Below are positions 44,164 through 55,784 of a stretch of 64,000 bases of DNA, piece after piece. Below the pieces are notes generated by a model. The model worked only from the letters and a program-made list of their open reading frames with translations, was not told where the DNA came from and did no database searches. How positions within the stretch are numbered: the stretch's first letter is position 1; every line of letters starts with the position of its first letter. The DNA comes from a virus, in IMG/VR virus record IMGVR_UViG_3300034284_003265, positions 1 through 64,000 of that record; one strand, given 5' to 3'. The translations under genes and the position numbers were made by a program.

Positions 44164-44565
44164 ATGGCAACTCCAACCAAATCTATAGGTTTATCATTAC
44201 CAATACAACTTGGTAATCAAGGTTATTTTAACACAAATAAAGATACGATCTCACAGATTGGTACAAATATTCAAAATTTATTGTTAACTATTCCTGGAGA
44301 AAGAAGATTTAATAATACATTTGGATCTGGATTATACAATTTATTATTTAATAATATAGGAGATGATATATCAAATGATATCATTATTGATGTAATTCAA
44401 CGTGACGTTGACAAATTTATGCCTGGCACAACAATATTGAAAGTGGAACTATCTCCAATTCAACCAGATAATAATAGTAAAAATTCGATATTTATAAGTA
44501 TTACCTTTAGATATAACAATACTGTGGGTGAAACCGAGTTTAACTTGGAAACTAATAAAATCTAA
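44164..44565 (+). CDS. baseplate wedge protein (gp25-like)
   Basis: NLLLTIPGERRFNNTFGSGL. Confidence 0.88.
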   Translation: MATPTKSIGLSLPIQLGNQGYFNTNKDTISQIGTNIQNLLLTIPGERRFNNTFGSGLYNLLFNNIGDDISNDIIIDVIQRDVDKFMPGTTILKVELSPIQPDNNSKNSIFISITFRYNNTVGETEFNLETNKI

Positions 44566-46544
44566 TGTCAACGCTAATTAACAAAACATTTGACGCGAAT
44601 ACAAAAGATGTAAATTATCTTAATAGAGATTTTACGTCTTTACGTCAACAACTAATTGATTTCACAAAACAATACTATCCACAAAGTTATAAAGATTTTA
44701 GTGAAAGTTCTCCAGGTCAAATTTTTATAGACCAAGCGGCGTATGTTGGAGATGTATTATCTTACTATACAGATCAGCAATTTTTCGAAAGTTATATTCA
44801 ATTTGCTCAAGATCGTAGAAATATTATAAATTCGGCTAAATATTTGGGTTATAAACCAAAAGTGTCTTCAGCATCTTCATCTGATGTTGATGTATTCCAA
44901 TTATTACCATCTATTCGTACCAAGGATAATGAATATATTCCAGATGAACGTTATTGTTTGATACTACAACCATTTTCACAACTATCTAGTACGCCAGGAG
45001 TCAATTTCGTAATAGAAGAAAGTATAGATTTTAGTCAAGATACTAAATTTTCCCCTAGAGAAATAACTGTGTATAGCCGTGATAACACAGGTGCTCCTCA
45101 ATTCTATCTAATCAAGAAAGCAGCTAAAGCTTATTCTGGAACAGTAATTACTAAACAAGTTAGTGTGGCGGATCAAGTGCCTTTTTATAGTCTAATATTA
45201 GATGAAACGAATGTTCTTAAAATTATAAGTGTAATTGATAGTAATAACAACAATTACTACGAAGTAAATTATTTAGCTCAAGACACAATTCCAATTGAAG
45301 TTGATAACGTACCACTAAACAATCAAACTCTATCTCCATACAGAAGTGAAACTCCTAAAATTCTAAAGTATTTGAGAACAGAAAAACGTTTTGTTACCGT
45401 TGTCGATGAAAATAATAAAACTACTTTACAATTTGGTGCAAATACTGAAAATTTTGAGAATACTATTGTTATACCAAATCCTACTAATGTTGGCGTAGCA
45501 CTATCTAATTTAAAAAATCTAAACATTTCATTGGATAATACTAATGCGTTAAAAGAAAAGTCGTATGGTATGTCTCCATCTAATACGACATTGACTATAA
45601 CGTATGTTATAGGCGGAGGTTTAAATTCAAACGTAAACTCTGGGGAAATCAACAAGATTTTAGGAATTTCTTATTTAAATGATACTACATCATTAACTGA
45701 CAGCGAAGTTATATTATTGAATACTATAAAAAATTCTTTAAGAGTAAACAATATAGAGGCTGCTACAGGCGGTGACGATGCTGAATCTGACGAAGAAATT
45801 AGACAAAATGCAATGTTGAATTTTTCCACACAAAATCGTATGGTTACAGAAGACGATTTCTTGTTGAGAATTTATGCATTGCCACCGCAATTAGGCAATA
45901 TAGCTAAAGCGTTTGTACAAAGTAATTTAACTAGAGAAGTTCAATATAATGGATTGATTAGTGGTATTTTAAATACAGAAAACAATTCAACTGTAAATTT
46001 AGCTCCATTAAATCCTCTTGACAGAAAGAAATTCTTACAGTCAAATAGCCCATTTACTAATAATTTATATTTGCTTGGATATGATGCAAATAAAAATTTA
46101 ACACAAGTAAATCCAGCAACTCTTCAAAATCTAACCACATATATTCAGAACTATAAGATTCTGACAGATAAGATTAATATCATCGATGGTTACATAATCA
46201 ACATTGGAGTTGAATTTAAAATAACTGTATTTAAAGGATTTAATAAATCTGAAGTGTTAAATAACTGTATACAATCTGTAAAATCATTTTTTGATATAGA
46301 TAAATGGAGTTTTAACCAACCAATAAATTTAAGTCAAATAAATTTCGAGATAATGCAAAATGAAGGCGTTCAATCCGTGAGCGACATTGTTATAAAAAAC
46401 TTAACTATTGATGACGGTAATTATTCTTCCGTTGCATACAATATTAGTATCGCGACACAAAATAATATAGTGTATCCACCAAAGGATCCTGCTGTATTTG
46501 AAGTTAAGTTTCCAGATTCTGACATAAAAGGACTTGTAGTATAA
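44565..46544 (+). CDS. baseplate wedge protein (gp6/J-like)
   Basis: YLNRDF...DFSESSPG...AKYLGYKP...ATGG...QNRMVT. Confidence 0.88.
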   Translation: MSTLINKTFDANTKDVNYLNRDFTSLRQQLIDFTKQYYPQSYKDFSESSPGQIFIDQAAYVGDVLSYYTDQQFFESYIQFAQDRRNIINSAKYLGYKPKVSSASSSDVDVFQLLPSIRTKDNEYIPDERYCLILQPFSQLSSTPGVNFVIEESIDFSQDTKFSPREITVYSRDNTGAPQFYLIKKAAKAYSGTVITKQVSVADQVPFYSLILDETNVLKIISVIDSNNNNYYEVNYLAQDTIPIEVDNVPLNNQTLSPYRSETPKILKYLRTEKRFVTVVDENNKTTLQFGANTENFENTIVIPNPTNVGVALSNLKNLNISLDNTNALKEKSYGMSPSNTTLTITYVIGGGLNSNVNSGEINKILGISYLNDTTSLTDSEVILLNTIKNSLRVNNIEAATGGDDAESDEEIRQNAMLNFSTQNRMVTEDDFLLRIYALPPQLGNIAKAFVQSNLTREVQYNGLISGILNTENNSTVNLAPLNPLDRKKFLQSNSPFTNNLYLLGYDANKNLTQVNPATLQNLTTYIQNYKILTDKINIIDGYIINIGVEFKITVFKGFNKSEVLNNCIQSVKSFFDIDKWSFNQPINLSQINFEIMQNEGVQSVSDIVIKNLTIDDGNYSSVAYNISIATQNNIVYPPKDPAVFEVKFPDSDIKGLVV

Positions 46545-46545
46545 T

Positions 46546-48213
46546 ATGCACACATTTATTTATCCATCTCAAGATACCTACATAAACAATTCGCCTGAAT
46601 TTGTCAATAAAAATTTTGGCATTGATGAAATTTTAGAAATCTACGCTTCCAATATTGGTAATTCCGTAGTTTACACAGATCCAGTTTGGCACGATGCGCC
46701 ACAGACTGCTTCCTCTTATGGAAACAATGGATGGTTAGCCTATACAACATCCTCATTATTTATTTATTCAGGAAGTGCTTGGTATGCATATTCTTTAACT
46801 TCGTCTGTAATACCAAATACATCTTTTATATCAAATTTTACCGGAAGATTATCTAATAAAACAAATCCTCCACGAAAACCACTTTACATTTCAGGATCAG
46901 CTACTTTTGCATCTGGATCTTTTGTTGGACAGTTTACCTCAGCTCAATGTGTAACTTCTTCATTTAGTGGAAGTTTTAGTAGTTCTAGCTTTAAAGGAAT
47001 CATCAGTACCAATACGTCTAGTAATTTATACTATGTCGATGTAGTAAATTTCGCTGGATATTTTAAAGGGATTTATAGTGGATCATTTGAAAGACCATCT
47101 ACAGCTACATATCTGAATAGACCTGAATTTTCAAGAACATTGATAAAGTTTGATTTAACTGAGTTAAGTAAATCTGTATCAGATAATAATATAAGCGGTT
47201 CTAATATTAAATTTACTTTGAATTTGAAAGCATGTGGATCTAGAAATTTACCACTAAATTATAGTATATATGCTTATCCAGTCAGTCAAAGTTGGAATAA
47301 TGGAAATGGAAGATATGCAGATCACGGATCTCAATTGGGATCTAGTTGGTTATATAGAAACTACGATGGAAATGGTTTATGGTATGGGAATTCGATATCA
47401 AATAGTTATCAACAAGTAGATTATTTGACGAATCCATCTTATGCTAGTGCTAGTTTTCAAAATCAAGGAGGTACGTGGTATTATAAAGTACCAGCTTCTT
47501 ATACAAACAAGCCAAAATGGATTTGCAATTCAACGAAGTATCCATCTTTGGTAAATGCAAGTTTAATTTGTAGTCAGTCATTTAGTTACGGACAACAAAG
47601 TGACGTTACTATGGATATAACTAAAATCGTTAGAGGATGGTTATGTGGATGCGTTCCAAATCAAGGACTTATGTTATTGAGTTCTTTGGAAATTTCAACT
47701 CCTCCATTACAACCAACCAATGGACTACTACAGTTTTTTAGTAAAGAAACAAATACTATTTATAGTCCATATATTGATGTAGCCTGGGATGACAGTATAT
47801 TTAATACCGGAAGTTTGAAACCTGTTTCAGGATCAATTCAAAATTTAATTACATTGAATTACTTGAAAGAAGCCTATAAAGCTGGAAGTTTACCAAAAAT
47901 ATTTGTATTTGCTAGAGATAGATATCCGTTGAAAAACTTCCAAAAAGCTTATCAACAACCAGCTATGGTTACGCCGCAGTATCTTCCAACTAGCTCATAT
48001 TATATGATTAAGGACGCTGAATCAGAAGAAGTTTTAGTGGGATTTGATCAATATACAAAGTTGAGTTGTGATCCAAATCAAGGTAATTATTTTAAATTAC
48101 AAACAACTGGATTGCCACAAGAAAGATATTTGAAAATATTTATAAAATCGGAATATAAAGATGGAACTATAGATATTACAGATACCCAAAAAATATTTAA
48201 GATAACAAGATAA
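46546..48213 (+). CDS. virion structural protein
   Basis: DTYI..N.G.DEILE, SRTLIKFD, FFSKETNTIYSP. Confidence 0.75.
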   Translation: MHTFIYPSQDTYINNSPEFVNKNFGIDEILEIYASNIGNSVVYTDPVWHDAPQTASSYGNNGWLAYTTSSLFIYSGSAWYAYSLTSSVIPNTSFISNFTGRLSNKTNPPRKPLYISGSATFASGSFVGQFTSAQCVTSSFSGSFSSSSFKGIISTNTSSNLYYVDVVNFAGYFKGIYSGSFERPSTATYLNRPEFSRTLIKFDLTELSKSVSDNNISGSNIKFTLNLKACGSRNLPLNYSIYAYPVSQSWNNGNGRYADHGSQLGSSWLYRNYDGNGLWYGNSISNSYQQVDYLTNPSYASASFQNQGGTWYYKVPASYTNKPKWICNSTKYPSLVNASLICSQSFSYGQQSDVTMDITKIVRGWLCGCVPNQGLMLLSSLEISTPPLQPTNGLLQFFSKETNTIYSPYIDVAWDDSIFNTGSLKPVSGSIQNLITLNYLKEAYKAGSLPKIFVFARDRYPLKNFQKAYQQPAMVTPQYLPTSSYYMIKDAESEEVLVGFDQYTKLSCDPNQGNYFKLQTTGLPQERYLKIFIKSEYKDGTIDITDTQKIFKITR

Positions 48214-48214
48214 T

Positions 48215-48688
48215 ATGGCGGATATACAATTAAATTATGATGTAGCTACAGATGAAGTTTCAAGCTTTAAAAATTTTGGAACATTCACTAACAATTTGGA
48301 TTCTTTTGGCAATTTCCAATTGGTATTTTCTGCGGCTCAGTCTGTTAATGGAAACGTTAATTATGTTAAAGTTCCATTAAAAACATTCTTATACAACGAG
48401 AATAAAATTCTTGATGCAAATACTGCAGATTTTACTGAACTTCAAACTGTTCAACAAGAAGAAAAACGTAATGTGGATGAAGTTTTGAATCAATATAATA
48501 ATCTACTTGAAGAAAATAGAATTCTCAATCAGACGGTTAATGAATTGGTTGAGAAGTATGAGAACAATGATGATAAACAAGTAATCGCAGAGCAAAAGAG
48601 AACAATAATCGGCCTTAGAATTCAATTGGGACAGGGATCTGTTCCATCAGACTTTTCAGATGACTTTCCGTTTTTACCACTAGTATAA
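48215..48688 (+). CDS. hypothetical virion protein
   Basis: in the structural operon; coiled coil. Confidence 0.7.
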   Translation: MADIQLNYDVATDEVSSFKNFGTFTNNLDSFGNFQLVFSAAQSVNGNVNYVKVPLKTFLYNENKILDANTADFTELQTVQQEEKRNVDEVLNQYNNLLEENRILNQTVNELVEKYENNDDKQVIAEQKRTIIGLRIQLGQGSVPSDFSDDFPFLPLV

Positions 48689-48689
48689 T

Positions 48690-51600
48690 ATGCCTTACGA
48701 CTATTTAACAATTAATGAACTTGATCTCGCTAATGGTATAGCAAGTGCTTCGTATTTTCAACAAGACTTACAATCTTTATACGAACAACAAGTTTTAAAC
48801 TCTGAAAACTTTTTCGGGGACACGAATGATGATATATTAGAATTAAGCGTTTATAATAGTAACCAAGAGCCAATTCTTTTTAATAGGGTAATACCGAAAA
48901 CAACTTATAGCATCGTACAATCGTCGTATAAAGATATAAACAACGTTCAACGATCATATAAAGTTGCAAATCCATTTACAAATTATGCTTTATATGGCAA
49001 TGAATTGTTGTTACACAGTCAATTCGATCTTAAGTTTGATGAATTAAGCCCTGGTTTGTATTATGTTCTATATAATCCAATTAGAAACATTGCTGGGAAT
49101 ACGTCTAATAGATTATTTATAAAAGAAATATCTCCAAGTCGAACCGAATTAAGATTGTCTTACGCATTTGATCCAACTCTTAATGAAGCCAATAGAGTAG
49201 ATTCAGTAAAAATATCAGCATTTGCGGATAAAAAATTTGTTTTCTTACAAGTAATAGACCAAATTATTCCTATCGTAGATAGAAACCCTATAGACGAATC
49301 ATTTAACGCAAATTCTCCTAATTTTAATTATTTGAAATATGCACAACTACTTGGGTTTAAATCTTCGGCTGAATTGCAAGAATTTATAAATTCAGTTTAC
49401 GTTGGCTATAATAAAGTTGTAAATCTATCTAATGATGCTGATTCTGTAATTAGTCAGAATATAAAATTTGCAGGAATTGCCGAACAAATAAAAAACTTTG
49501 TTTACACTTATAATGAAACTGAATTTTCCCAGGACGAAATACTGACGGCTATTTCATTGATTGTAGCAAAAGTAAGTCAAGACGCAATATTACAAAGAAC
49601 AACTTTAACAGACACAGATCTCGCCGAAACAGTAAATGTATTTGTAGAAATCGCATACAGATATTGGTTGCAACCAAAGATTACAGAATTATTAAATGAC
49701 TATAGTCTAAAGTTTTATGGATTTTATAAAAATGCATTAAATTTTGATAATGGAAATTTAGTAAAAATATTAACTCACACAAGTTATTTAAATGTAGTAG
49801 ATAATCGTATTAACGTTCAAATTAAATTAGATAGTCCACTTCCATCTGAGTATTCTATAAGAGACACTTGTTGGATTTCTAACATCTCATTGGCTCCTTT
49901 ATATTTTAAAATTAACTTATATACTGCTCCGATTTCACGAAAAGTTTATTTGAATGGAGTTAATTTTACAGTTGCAGTACCATCTGTTAATCCAACGAAT
50001 GACAAGTTTAACGCTACAAATGATAATACATTATTTGCAGCTAAAGCTAGAACTCAACAAAAAATAAATGATTTGTTGATTAACTATAATGATTTTAGCA
50101 ATTTTATTAATTTTTCTTCCGCTGAATTAAGAACTAAGATAGCTAAAAGTAAAATTTCTAAATATGACTCATATGAAACATCCAAGAGTCAAATAAAGAA
50201 CCAAGCATCCGCAACATCTAACATTTCTATATCTGCTTCGTATTCAAATGATTTTACTAAGATTATAAACGAACAAATTTCATTACTAGATAGCTTCGAT
50301 GAATATGAATCTTATCTATTTTATTCTACATCTAGTATAGATCAAAAAATAGAAGATGGCATAAGTTTTGATAAAAGCAATTACAATTCTTTATTTTATC
50401 AATTGCCAGAGTATATTAAGACCGAAGAATCCAATGCTGATTATATAAAGTTTACAGCAATGGTTGGACATTTCTTCGACAACATTTTGGTTTTTGTTAA
50501 GAAGTTTCCGAAATCTTATCCAATTAATTGGGACGATAACAATAGTTATCCTAAAAATTATATAGAAGAATTATTAAATAATTTTAACTGGGATGTTACT
50601 AATTTTAAGTTTAACAAAAGCGATGTAAATCAATTGTTGTTTAACAATACGCAAATGTCTGGAAGTTTATCATCCTCATATTTTGATTATGCTAAATCTA
50701 TATTTAATAGAATAACAAATAATTTAAGTTACATATATAAAACTAAAGGAACATCTACATCGTTTAATCTGATCCGTTCAATTTTTGGAATATCTTCAGA
50801 TTTGATTAATGTAGTTGAATATAGCAGTCCAAATGTTTTAATAAATAGAAATGTTTACTATGATTTTGATGATATAGTGTATGCTACTAAGTATCAAGAT
50901 AATCAATTCATTAACTTCAATTTTACGAGTAGTGAATTTAAATATTTAGTTACTCAAGATAGTTTGAGTGGAAGCTATACAGGAAGTTATAACGGAGACA
51001 CAATATATTTAACAAGATCTTATATAGAAAATTTTACAGGAGTTTCTACTGTAGAATGTACATTTAGATCAAATGAATGGAATAAATATAATTATAAAGA
51101 TAAAATTCCACTTATTAAGAAACTAAGAAATGATAATTTAGACTGGCAAGTTTATTTGTATAAAACAAAACAAAGAGAATCTGCAAAATTAATTTTTGAA
51201 TTAAGTCCTATAGGATCCACAATAGCTACATCCAGTATAGAAAGTATTGAAATGCCTTATTTAAATGGCGATTTTTATACTTTCATGGTTAGAAAAGAAC
51301 CAAATGATTCAATAAGATTTGATGCGTTGTCACCGTCATCCTCAATGACATCAAGCATTGGATATTATGGAAATTATAATGTAACTCAATCTATCTGTGA
51401 AACTTTTTATCCAAATGCGTACAAGTATATACCTCAGACATATACATTATATGTAAATCAATATTATGGAAGTTTATTAAATTTCACAGATAAAAAAACC
51501 AAGACGATATTGTATGATCAAAATCAATATTTCTCTTCTGGAAGTTACTATGTTGGAAACTTTTCATCTTCTATTCAATTTAATGGAAATATAGATAAAA

Positions 51601-53189
51601 TTAAAGTTCAAAAATATGCATTGAGCGATGCTGATTTCCAAGAACACTCTTATAATTTGAGTTCGATTTCAATACCCGAAAAGTCTTTGGTGTATGAAAA
51701 TATGTATTATTTATGGAGTTTTGATACTCCTGTAAATTTGTATGGAAGTCCATCTGTTATTCCTAATCAAAATAATAGATACAACACAGAATTCTATGCG
51801 TATAATTTTCAAAGAACACCAGTGGTATGTGGAGCTCCTATTTGTGATACCATATTATCTGATATTTTCCCATATCAATTTGATAAATTTAATGTTAAAC
51901 AAGCTATTAACTCAAATCGATTTGGGCCAAATTATAAAGACAATGCTAATATCAATAAAATAATACAGGACGTAAGTTCTAATTTGTTACCATACGAATA
52001 TTCCACATATACAAGAGATATAATCGGAAGCGATTCTAATTTGGTAGGATATTATATTTCCCCATATAGATATTTAAACGAAAATATAGAAGACTTTTTA
52101 GGAAAAGAAGGAATATCTGATATCATTGGAGATCCTAAATATCTCACATCAAGAAACTATCCGGAATTAAAACTAAGACAAAGAGAATTTGAAGATTCAA
52201 ATAAAAAATATATTTATCCACAAGAATATTATAGTACCTATAAGTTTTATATCGATTTTTCAATATTTGATTTTATTAAAAAATTGACTCCGACCCGTGG
52301 TACTTTAAAGAGAGGACTTTTATTGGAACCTTCTATATTTGAACGAGTAAAGTTTAATTATAAAGATGCCGTATTTTCCCCTCTTGATCCAAATACAACA
52401 TCTAGCTTAATGTTATATGAAATCAGACCGTCATTCTTATCTTCGTTAATAGATACAGTCAATTCATCAAGTAATACGGTTATAAACATTGAATCTGTTA
52501 ATGGAATTGATACTGATCGTGATACTTATAATTTTTCAAGATTTGAAATCAAAGATAAAGTGGATGATAGAGATTTTATATTTGCTAAATATGGTAAATA
52601 CGTAAATGTTAATAAAAACGGATACATTGTACGAAATACTATAAATTATTCTGAAAATGATTATTATCAATCCCATAATAATACAGGTTCTATTGTAACA
52701 TTCACATCAAGTTATAAATCCGTACAAACTATTGGTTCCGGATCGGGAGATTTAAATAATCAAATTACAGGTAGTCGTTCATTAACAGACATTTATTACG
52801 GAAACATGAGTAGTGGTTATTCCCAAAGACATTTAAGTAAATTTGTACGAGTTGGTAGTAGACTAAAAAGACAAGCCGTTTCTGGATCTTATTACGTTAT
52901 TAACAATGGTATAAAAACATTGGCTAATGGTAAATTATCATACTACACTTATACAAAAGGTCAAAACGATTATACAACCACAGTGAACAGACAAGGTTTA
53001 CCAAATGGATCATCTCCTATTATATCAATACCAGGATATTTGTCAGTTGACATTGAAAGCGATAATTTCCCTAAATATGGTATTCTAACTGGATCGGTTG
53101 GATCGCCAAATAGTTTATTTATACAACAACCACTTACATGTTCTACGTGTACCAGTGCTAGTATGAATATGTATATTATGAATTTATAA
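48690..53189 (+). CDS. large baseplate/virion structural protein
   Basis: EISPSRTELRL, MVGHFFD, YIYKTKGT, GLLLEP motifs. Confidence 0.8.
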   Translation: MPYDYLTINELDLANGIASASYFQQDLQSLYEQQVLNSENFFGDTNDDILELSVYNSNQEPILFNRVIPKTTYSIVQSSYKDINNVQRSYKVANPFTNYALYGNELLLHSQFDLKFDELSPGLYYVLYNPIRNIAGNTSNRLFIKEISPSRTELRLSYAFDPTLNEANRVDSVKISAFADKKFVFLQVIDQIIPIVDRNPIDESFNANSPNFNYLKYAQLLGFKSSAELQEFINSVYVGYNKVVNLSNDADSVISQNIKFAGIAEQIKNFVYTYNETEFSQDEILTAISLIVAKVSQDAILQRTTLTDTDLAETVNVFVEIAYRYWLQPKITELLNDYSLKFYGFYKNALNFDNGNLVKILTHTSYLNVVDNRINVQIKLDSPLPSEYSIRDTCWISNISLAPLYFKINLYTAPISRKVYLNGVNFTVAVPSVNPTNDKFNATNDNTLFAAKARTQQKINDLLINYNDFSNFINFSSAELRTKIAKSKISKYDSYETSKSQIKNQASATSNISISASYSNDFTKIINEQISLLDSFDEYESYLFYSTSSIDQKIEDGISFDKSNYNSLFYQLPEYIKTEESNADYIKFTAMVGHFFDNILVFVKKFPKSYPINWDDNNSYPKNYIEELLNNFNWDVTNFKFNKSDVNQLLFNNTQMSGSLSSSYFDYAKSIFNRITNNLSYIYKTKGTSTSFNLIRSIFGISSDLINVVEYSSPNVLINRNVYYDFDDIVYATKYQDNQFINFNFTSSEFKYLVTQDSLSGSYTGSYNGDTIYLTRSYIENFTGVSTVECTFRSNEWNKYNYKDKIPLIKKLRNDNLDWQVYLYKTKQRESAKLIFELSPIGSTIATSSIESIEMPYLNGDFYTFMVRKEPNDSIRFDALSPSSSMTSSIGYYGNYNVTQSICETFYPNAYKYIPQTYTLYVNQYYGSLLNFTDKKTKTILYDQNQYFSSGSYYVGNFSSSIQFNGNIDKIKVQKYALSDADFQEHSYNLSSISIPEKSLVYENMYYLWSFDTPVNLYGSPSVIPNQNNRYNTEFYAYNFQRTPVVCGAPICDTILSDIFPYQFDKFNVKQAINSNRFGPNYKDNANINKIIQDVSSNLLPYEYSTYTRDIIGSDSNLVGYYISPYRYLNENIEDFLGKEGISDIIGDPKYLTSRNYPELKLRQREFEDSNKKYIYPQEYYSTYKFYIDFSIFDFIKKLTPTRGTLKRGLLLEPSIFERVKFNYKDAVFSPLDPNTTSSLMLYEIRPSFLSSLIDTVNSSSNTVINIESVNGIDTDRDTYNFSRFEIKDKVDDRDFIFAKYGKYVNVNKNGYIVRNTINYSENDYYQSHNNTGSIVTFTSSYKSVQTIGSGSGDLNNQITGSRSLTDIYYGNMSSGYSQRHLSKFVRVGSRLKRQAVSGSYYVINNGIKTLANGKLSYYTYTKGQNDYTTTVNRQGLPNGSSPIISIPGYLSVDIESDNFPKYGILTGSVGSPNSLFIQQPLTCSTCTSASMNMYIMNL

Positions 53190-53236
53190 TATAATTTTTG
53201 ATTAAAAACCGAAAAGATTTGATAATTATTTAATAT

Positions 53237-53878
53237 ATGGCATATCTTAATAATAACGTTCTCACTGTTAACGCGATATTGACGAAAAAAGGTCGTGAAG
53301 TATTAGCAAAAACAGGCGGATTGAACATTACAGCATTCGCTTTAGCTGATGACGAAATCGATTACACACAGTTTAACCCAAATCACCCATTGGGCAGTGC
53401 ATATTACGATATCGCTATTCGTAATACTCCAATCATGGAACCTATTACAGATGAATCACAGACGATGAAATATAAGTTGGTCACTCTAAATGATGGAGTC
53501 ACATCTGTACCAACCATAAGCATCGCCCCTCCATTAATTTCTGTACCACGTACTTATTCAGCGGCAATTGATATTATTCCTAGTACAACTCCTGTTTATA
53601 ACGTAACATTGGGATATACAGCAATATTATCTAATAAAAACGTAGGTACTTTAGTAGTTACTGAAACAAATAGTTTGAACTCTACCTCAGCAACCATTCC
53701 AGCATTTACCGGAGATTTAGCGTCACAAGCTTCACAGGTTGTCATAGGTAATAAGTTTAGATTTATCCCAAATAGTTCTTTGTCTAAGACAACTACTACT
53801 AATATTACTATTATCGGTAATGAAAGTGGCGGAAGTTCTTCCATCAACGTAACTGTCAGTGTTCCTACCACAACTTAA
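53237..53878 (+). CDS. virion structural protein
   Basis: MAYLNN...AILTKKGRE...FALADDEIDY. Confidence 0.8.
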   Translation: MAYLNNNVLTVNAILTKKGREVLAKTGGLNITAFALADDEIDYTQFNPNHPLGSAYYDIAIRNTPIMEPITDESQTMKYKLVTLNDGVTSVPTISIAPPLISVPRTYSAAIDIIPSTTPVYNVTLGYTAILSNKNVGTLVVTETNSLNSTSATIPAFTGDLASQASQVVIGNKFRFIPNSSLSKTTTTNITIIGNESGGSSSINVTVSVPTTT

Positions 53879-53884
53879 TAATAT

Positions 53885-54994
53885 ATGATATTCACCCCAT
53901 TTACTCCAGACGATATAGTAGCAGGCAGAATTAACCAAGTATCATCGGGTATGTTTGGTACTGGTAGTTTAACAGTAGCACAATCGTCCTTCGTAACATC
54001 ATCTGCTCAAGCAAATGTCATGACAGGATCAAGTCCATATGATGTTAAAAATGGACAGTACTATGTAGATGTTTATAGCGGAGCCGATCAATATTTTGCT
54101 ATTGCTTATGGAGATTATTATAATTCAGGAAGTAGCTATTTTGATTGGCCGGGTCAGTCCGTAGCGAGTGTATATACCAATGAAACCAAAATTATATACA
54201 GTCAATATAAAAATACACTTCTTCAACCAGGCGACACATTTTTTAGTTTTGCCTCAGGCAGCGTAGATTCTCCAACCGATAGTTCGGCTATATTCGTACT
54301 AAACTACGTAACAGATAAATTCCAAGATCAAATTGATCCTGGTCAAATTCAATTAAATTTTACAGGCGCTTTAGGTCAATTCTCATATATTGACGATTCA
54401 CAAGTAGTTAATACACAACAAAACGTTTATAATTTGATCTCGGGATCAGTTATTAATGGCGTCCCTACTCCATATACCAAAGGAGGAACAGTTTCGGCTG
54501 TTTACGAAGGAATTGGTTTATTTTATCCAACAAACGGAGTTGTTATATTGAATGCACTAAAGTTAGATGCAAAAGTTGGTATTACCGGAAATCCTCCGGA
54601 AATTACTAGTGCTAGAACCACAAATCAGTATTCAGTTAACTGGAAAAGTTATTGGAGAAATTGGTTGCGTAAATTTTATTTAAGTCTTAGAAGATCAAAT
54701 AAATACATGGCAATTCGTAAATCCGAATTTGTACCATCTACGAATTACTTCATAAGAGTTAAAAATAAAGAGTTCAACTATAGTAACAATCCAACATTTG
54801 TATCAGATGGTACGGATGGTCAAACAAAGGGGACTATTATCTATCCAGAATTGATTAGTAATCCTCGTACTTATATTACTACAATTGGATTGTATGATTC
54901 TAATAATGAATTACTTGCAGTTGGTAAATTAAGTAGACCTACGCAAAAATCATTTGATAATGAATTGTTAATTAAGTGTCGTATTGATTTTTAA
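53885..54994 (+). CDS. virion structural protein
   Basis: EFNYSNNPTF...YITTIGLYD.NNELLAVGKLSRP. Confidence 0.8.
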   Translation: MIFTPFTPDDIVAGRINQVSSGMFGTGSLTVAQSSFVTSSAQANVMTGSSPYDVKNGQYYVDVYSGADQYFAIAYGDYYNSGSSYFDWPGQSVASVYTNETKIIYSQYKNTLLQPGDTFFSFASGSVDSPTDSSAIFVLNYVTDKFQDQIDPGQIQLNFTGALGQFSYIDDSQVVNTQQNVYNLISGSVINGVPTPYTKGGTVSAVYEGIGLFYPTNGVVILNALKLDAKVGITGNPPEITSARTTNQYSVNWKSYWRNWLRKFYLSLRRSNKYMAIRKSEFVPSTNYFIRVKNKEFNYSNNPTFVSDGTDGQTKGTIIYPELISNPRTYITTIGLYDSNNELLAVGKLSRPTQKSFDNELLIKCRIDF

Positions 54995-55029
54995 TCTAAA
55001 TACGTTGAAATCTTCCTATTTATATTGGG

Positions 55030-55773
55030 ATGATTAAATTTCTTAAAAATCAAGACATACAAATCACTACATTTTCAGTAGCAAAAGAAAAGATTGCTAA
55101 TAACATCTTTTCCGATTTGATTTTTGCTAGCGATGGAACTTATAACTTTCCATTGATTATTCCTGTACAAGAATGTGATTACAATTTTAATTCATTGTCT
55201 ACAGGATCTTTTGCCACAGTTAATACACAAACGTGTTATGCGTCAATTGTTAATCAAAATGGATTTTTAGCTTGTTCGCCGATAAACGATCCAAATAATC
55301 CACAGTTTCAACTTGGTTTAAAATTACCAACTGGATCAGTATTTTATCCAGTCGATAATATTCATTATAATGCTGAAACTAATCCTACTAATTTAGACGG
55401 CACTTATCAGGGACAGGTTTATAATACAATTAAGAAAATGTATTATAATAATTATAACAATGCCTACAATATTTTTGGATTTGATAGTTATGATATATCT
55501 GAAGCTAGTTTGAGTCTGGATGATAAATTTGTAAGTTATACATTAAATGTCACTCAGAGTGGCGATAGAATTAGTCCTTTTAGTGTATTAATTAACAATC
55601 AGACAGGCGATATAGTTGGCAGTATTTTAGATGATGGAAATAATAATTTGTATTTATCTGGATCATATTTCATCAATGATTTTGAAGTTTATTCGACCAA
55701 CACGGAAAGTGTGGTTAATTATGGCATAACAGGACTAGGACAATATTTGTATTATGGATCAATGTCCACATAA
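55030..55773 (+). CDS. virion structural protein
   Basis: DDGNNNL motif; operon context. Confidence 0.7.
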   Translation: MIKFLKNQDIQITTFSVAKEKIANNIFSDLIFASDGTYNFPLIIPVQECDYNFNSLSTGSFATVNTQTCYASIVNQNGFLACSPINDPNNPQFQLGLKLPTGSVFYPVDNIHYNAETNPTNLDGTYQGQVYNTIKKMYYNNYNNAYNIFGFDSYDISEASLSLDDKFVSYTLNVTQSGDRISPFSVLINNQTGDIVGSILDDGNNNLYLSGSYFINDFEVYSTNTESVVNYGITGLGQYLYYGSMST

Positions 55774-55784
55774 GTATATAAAGT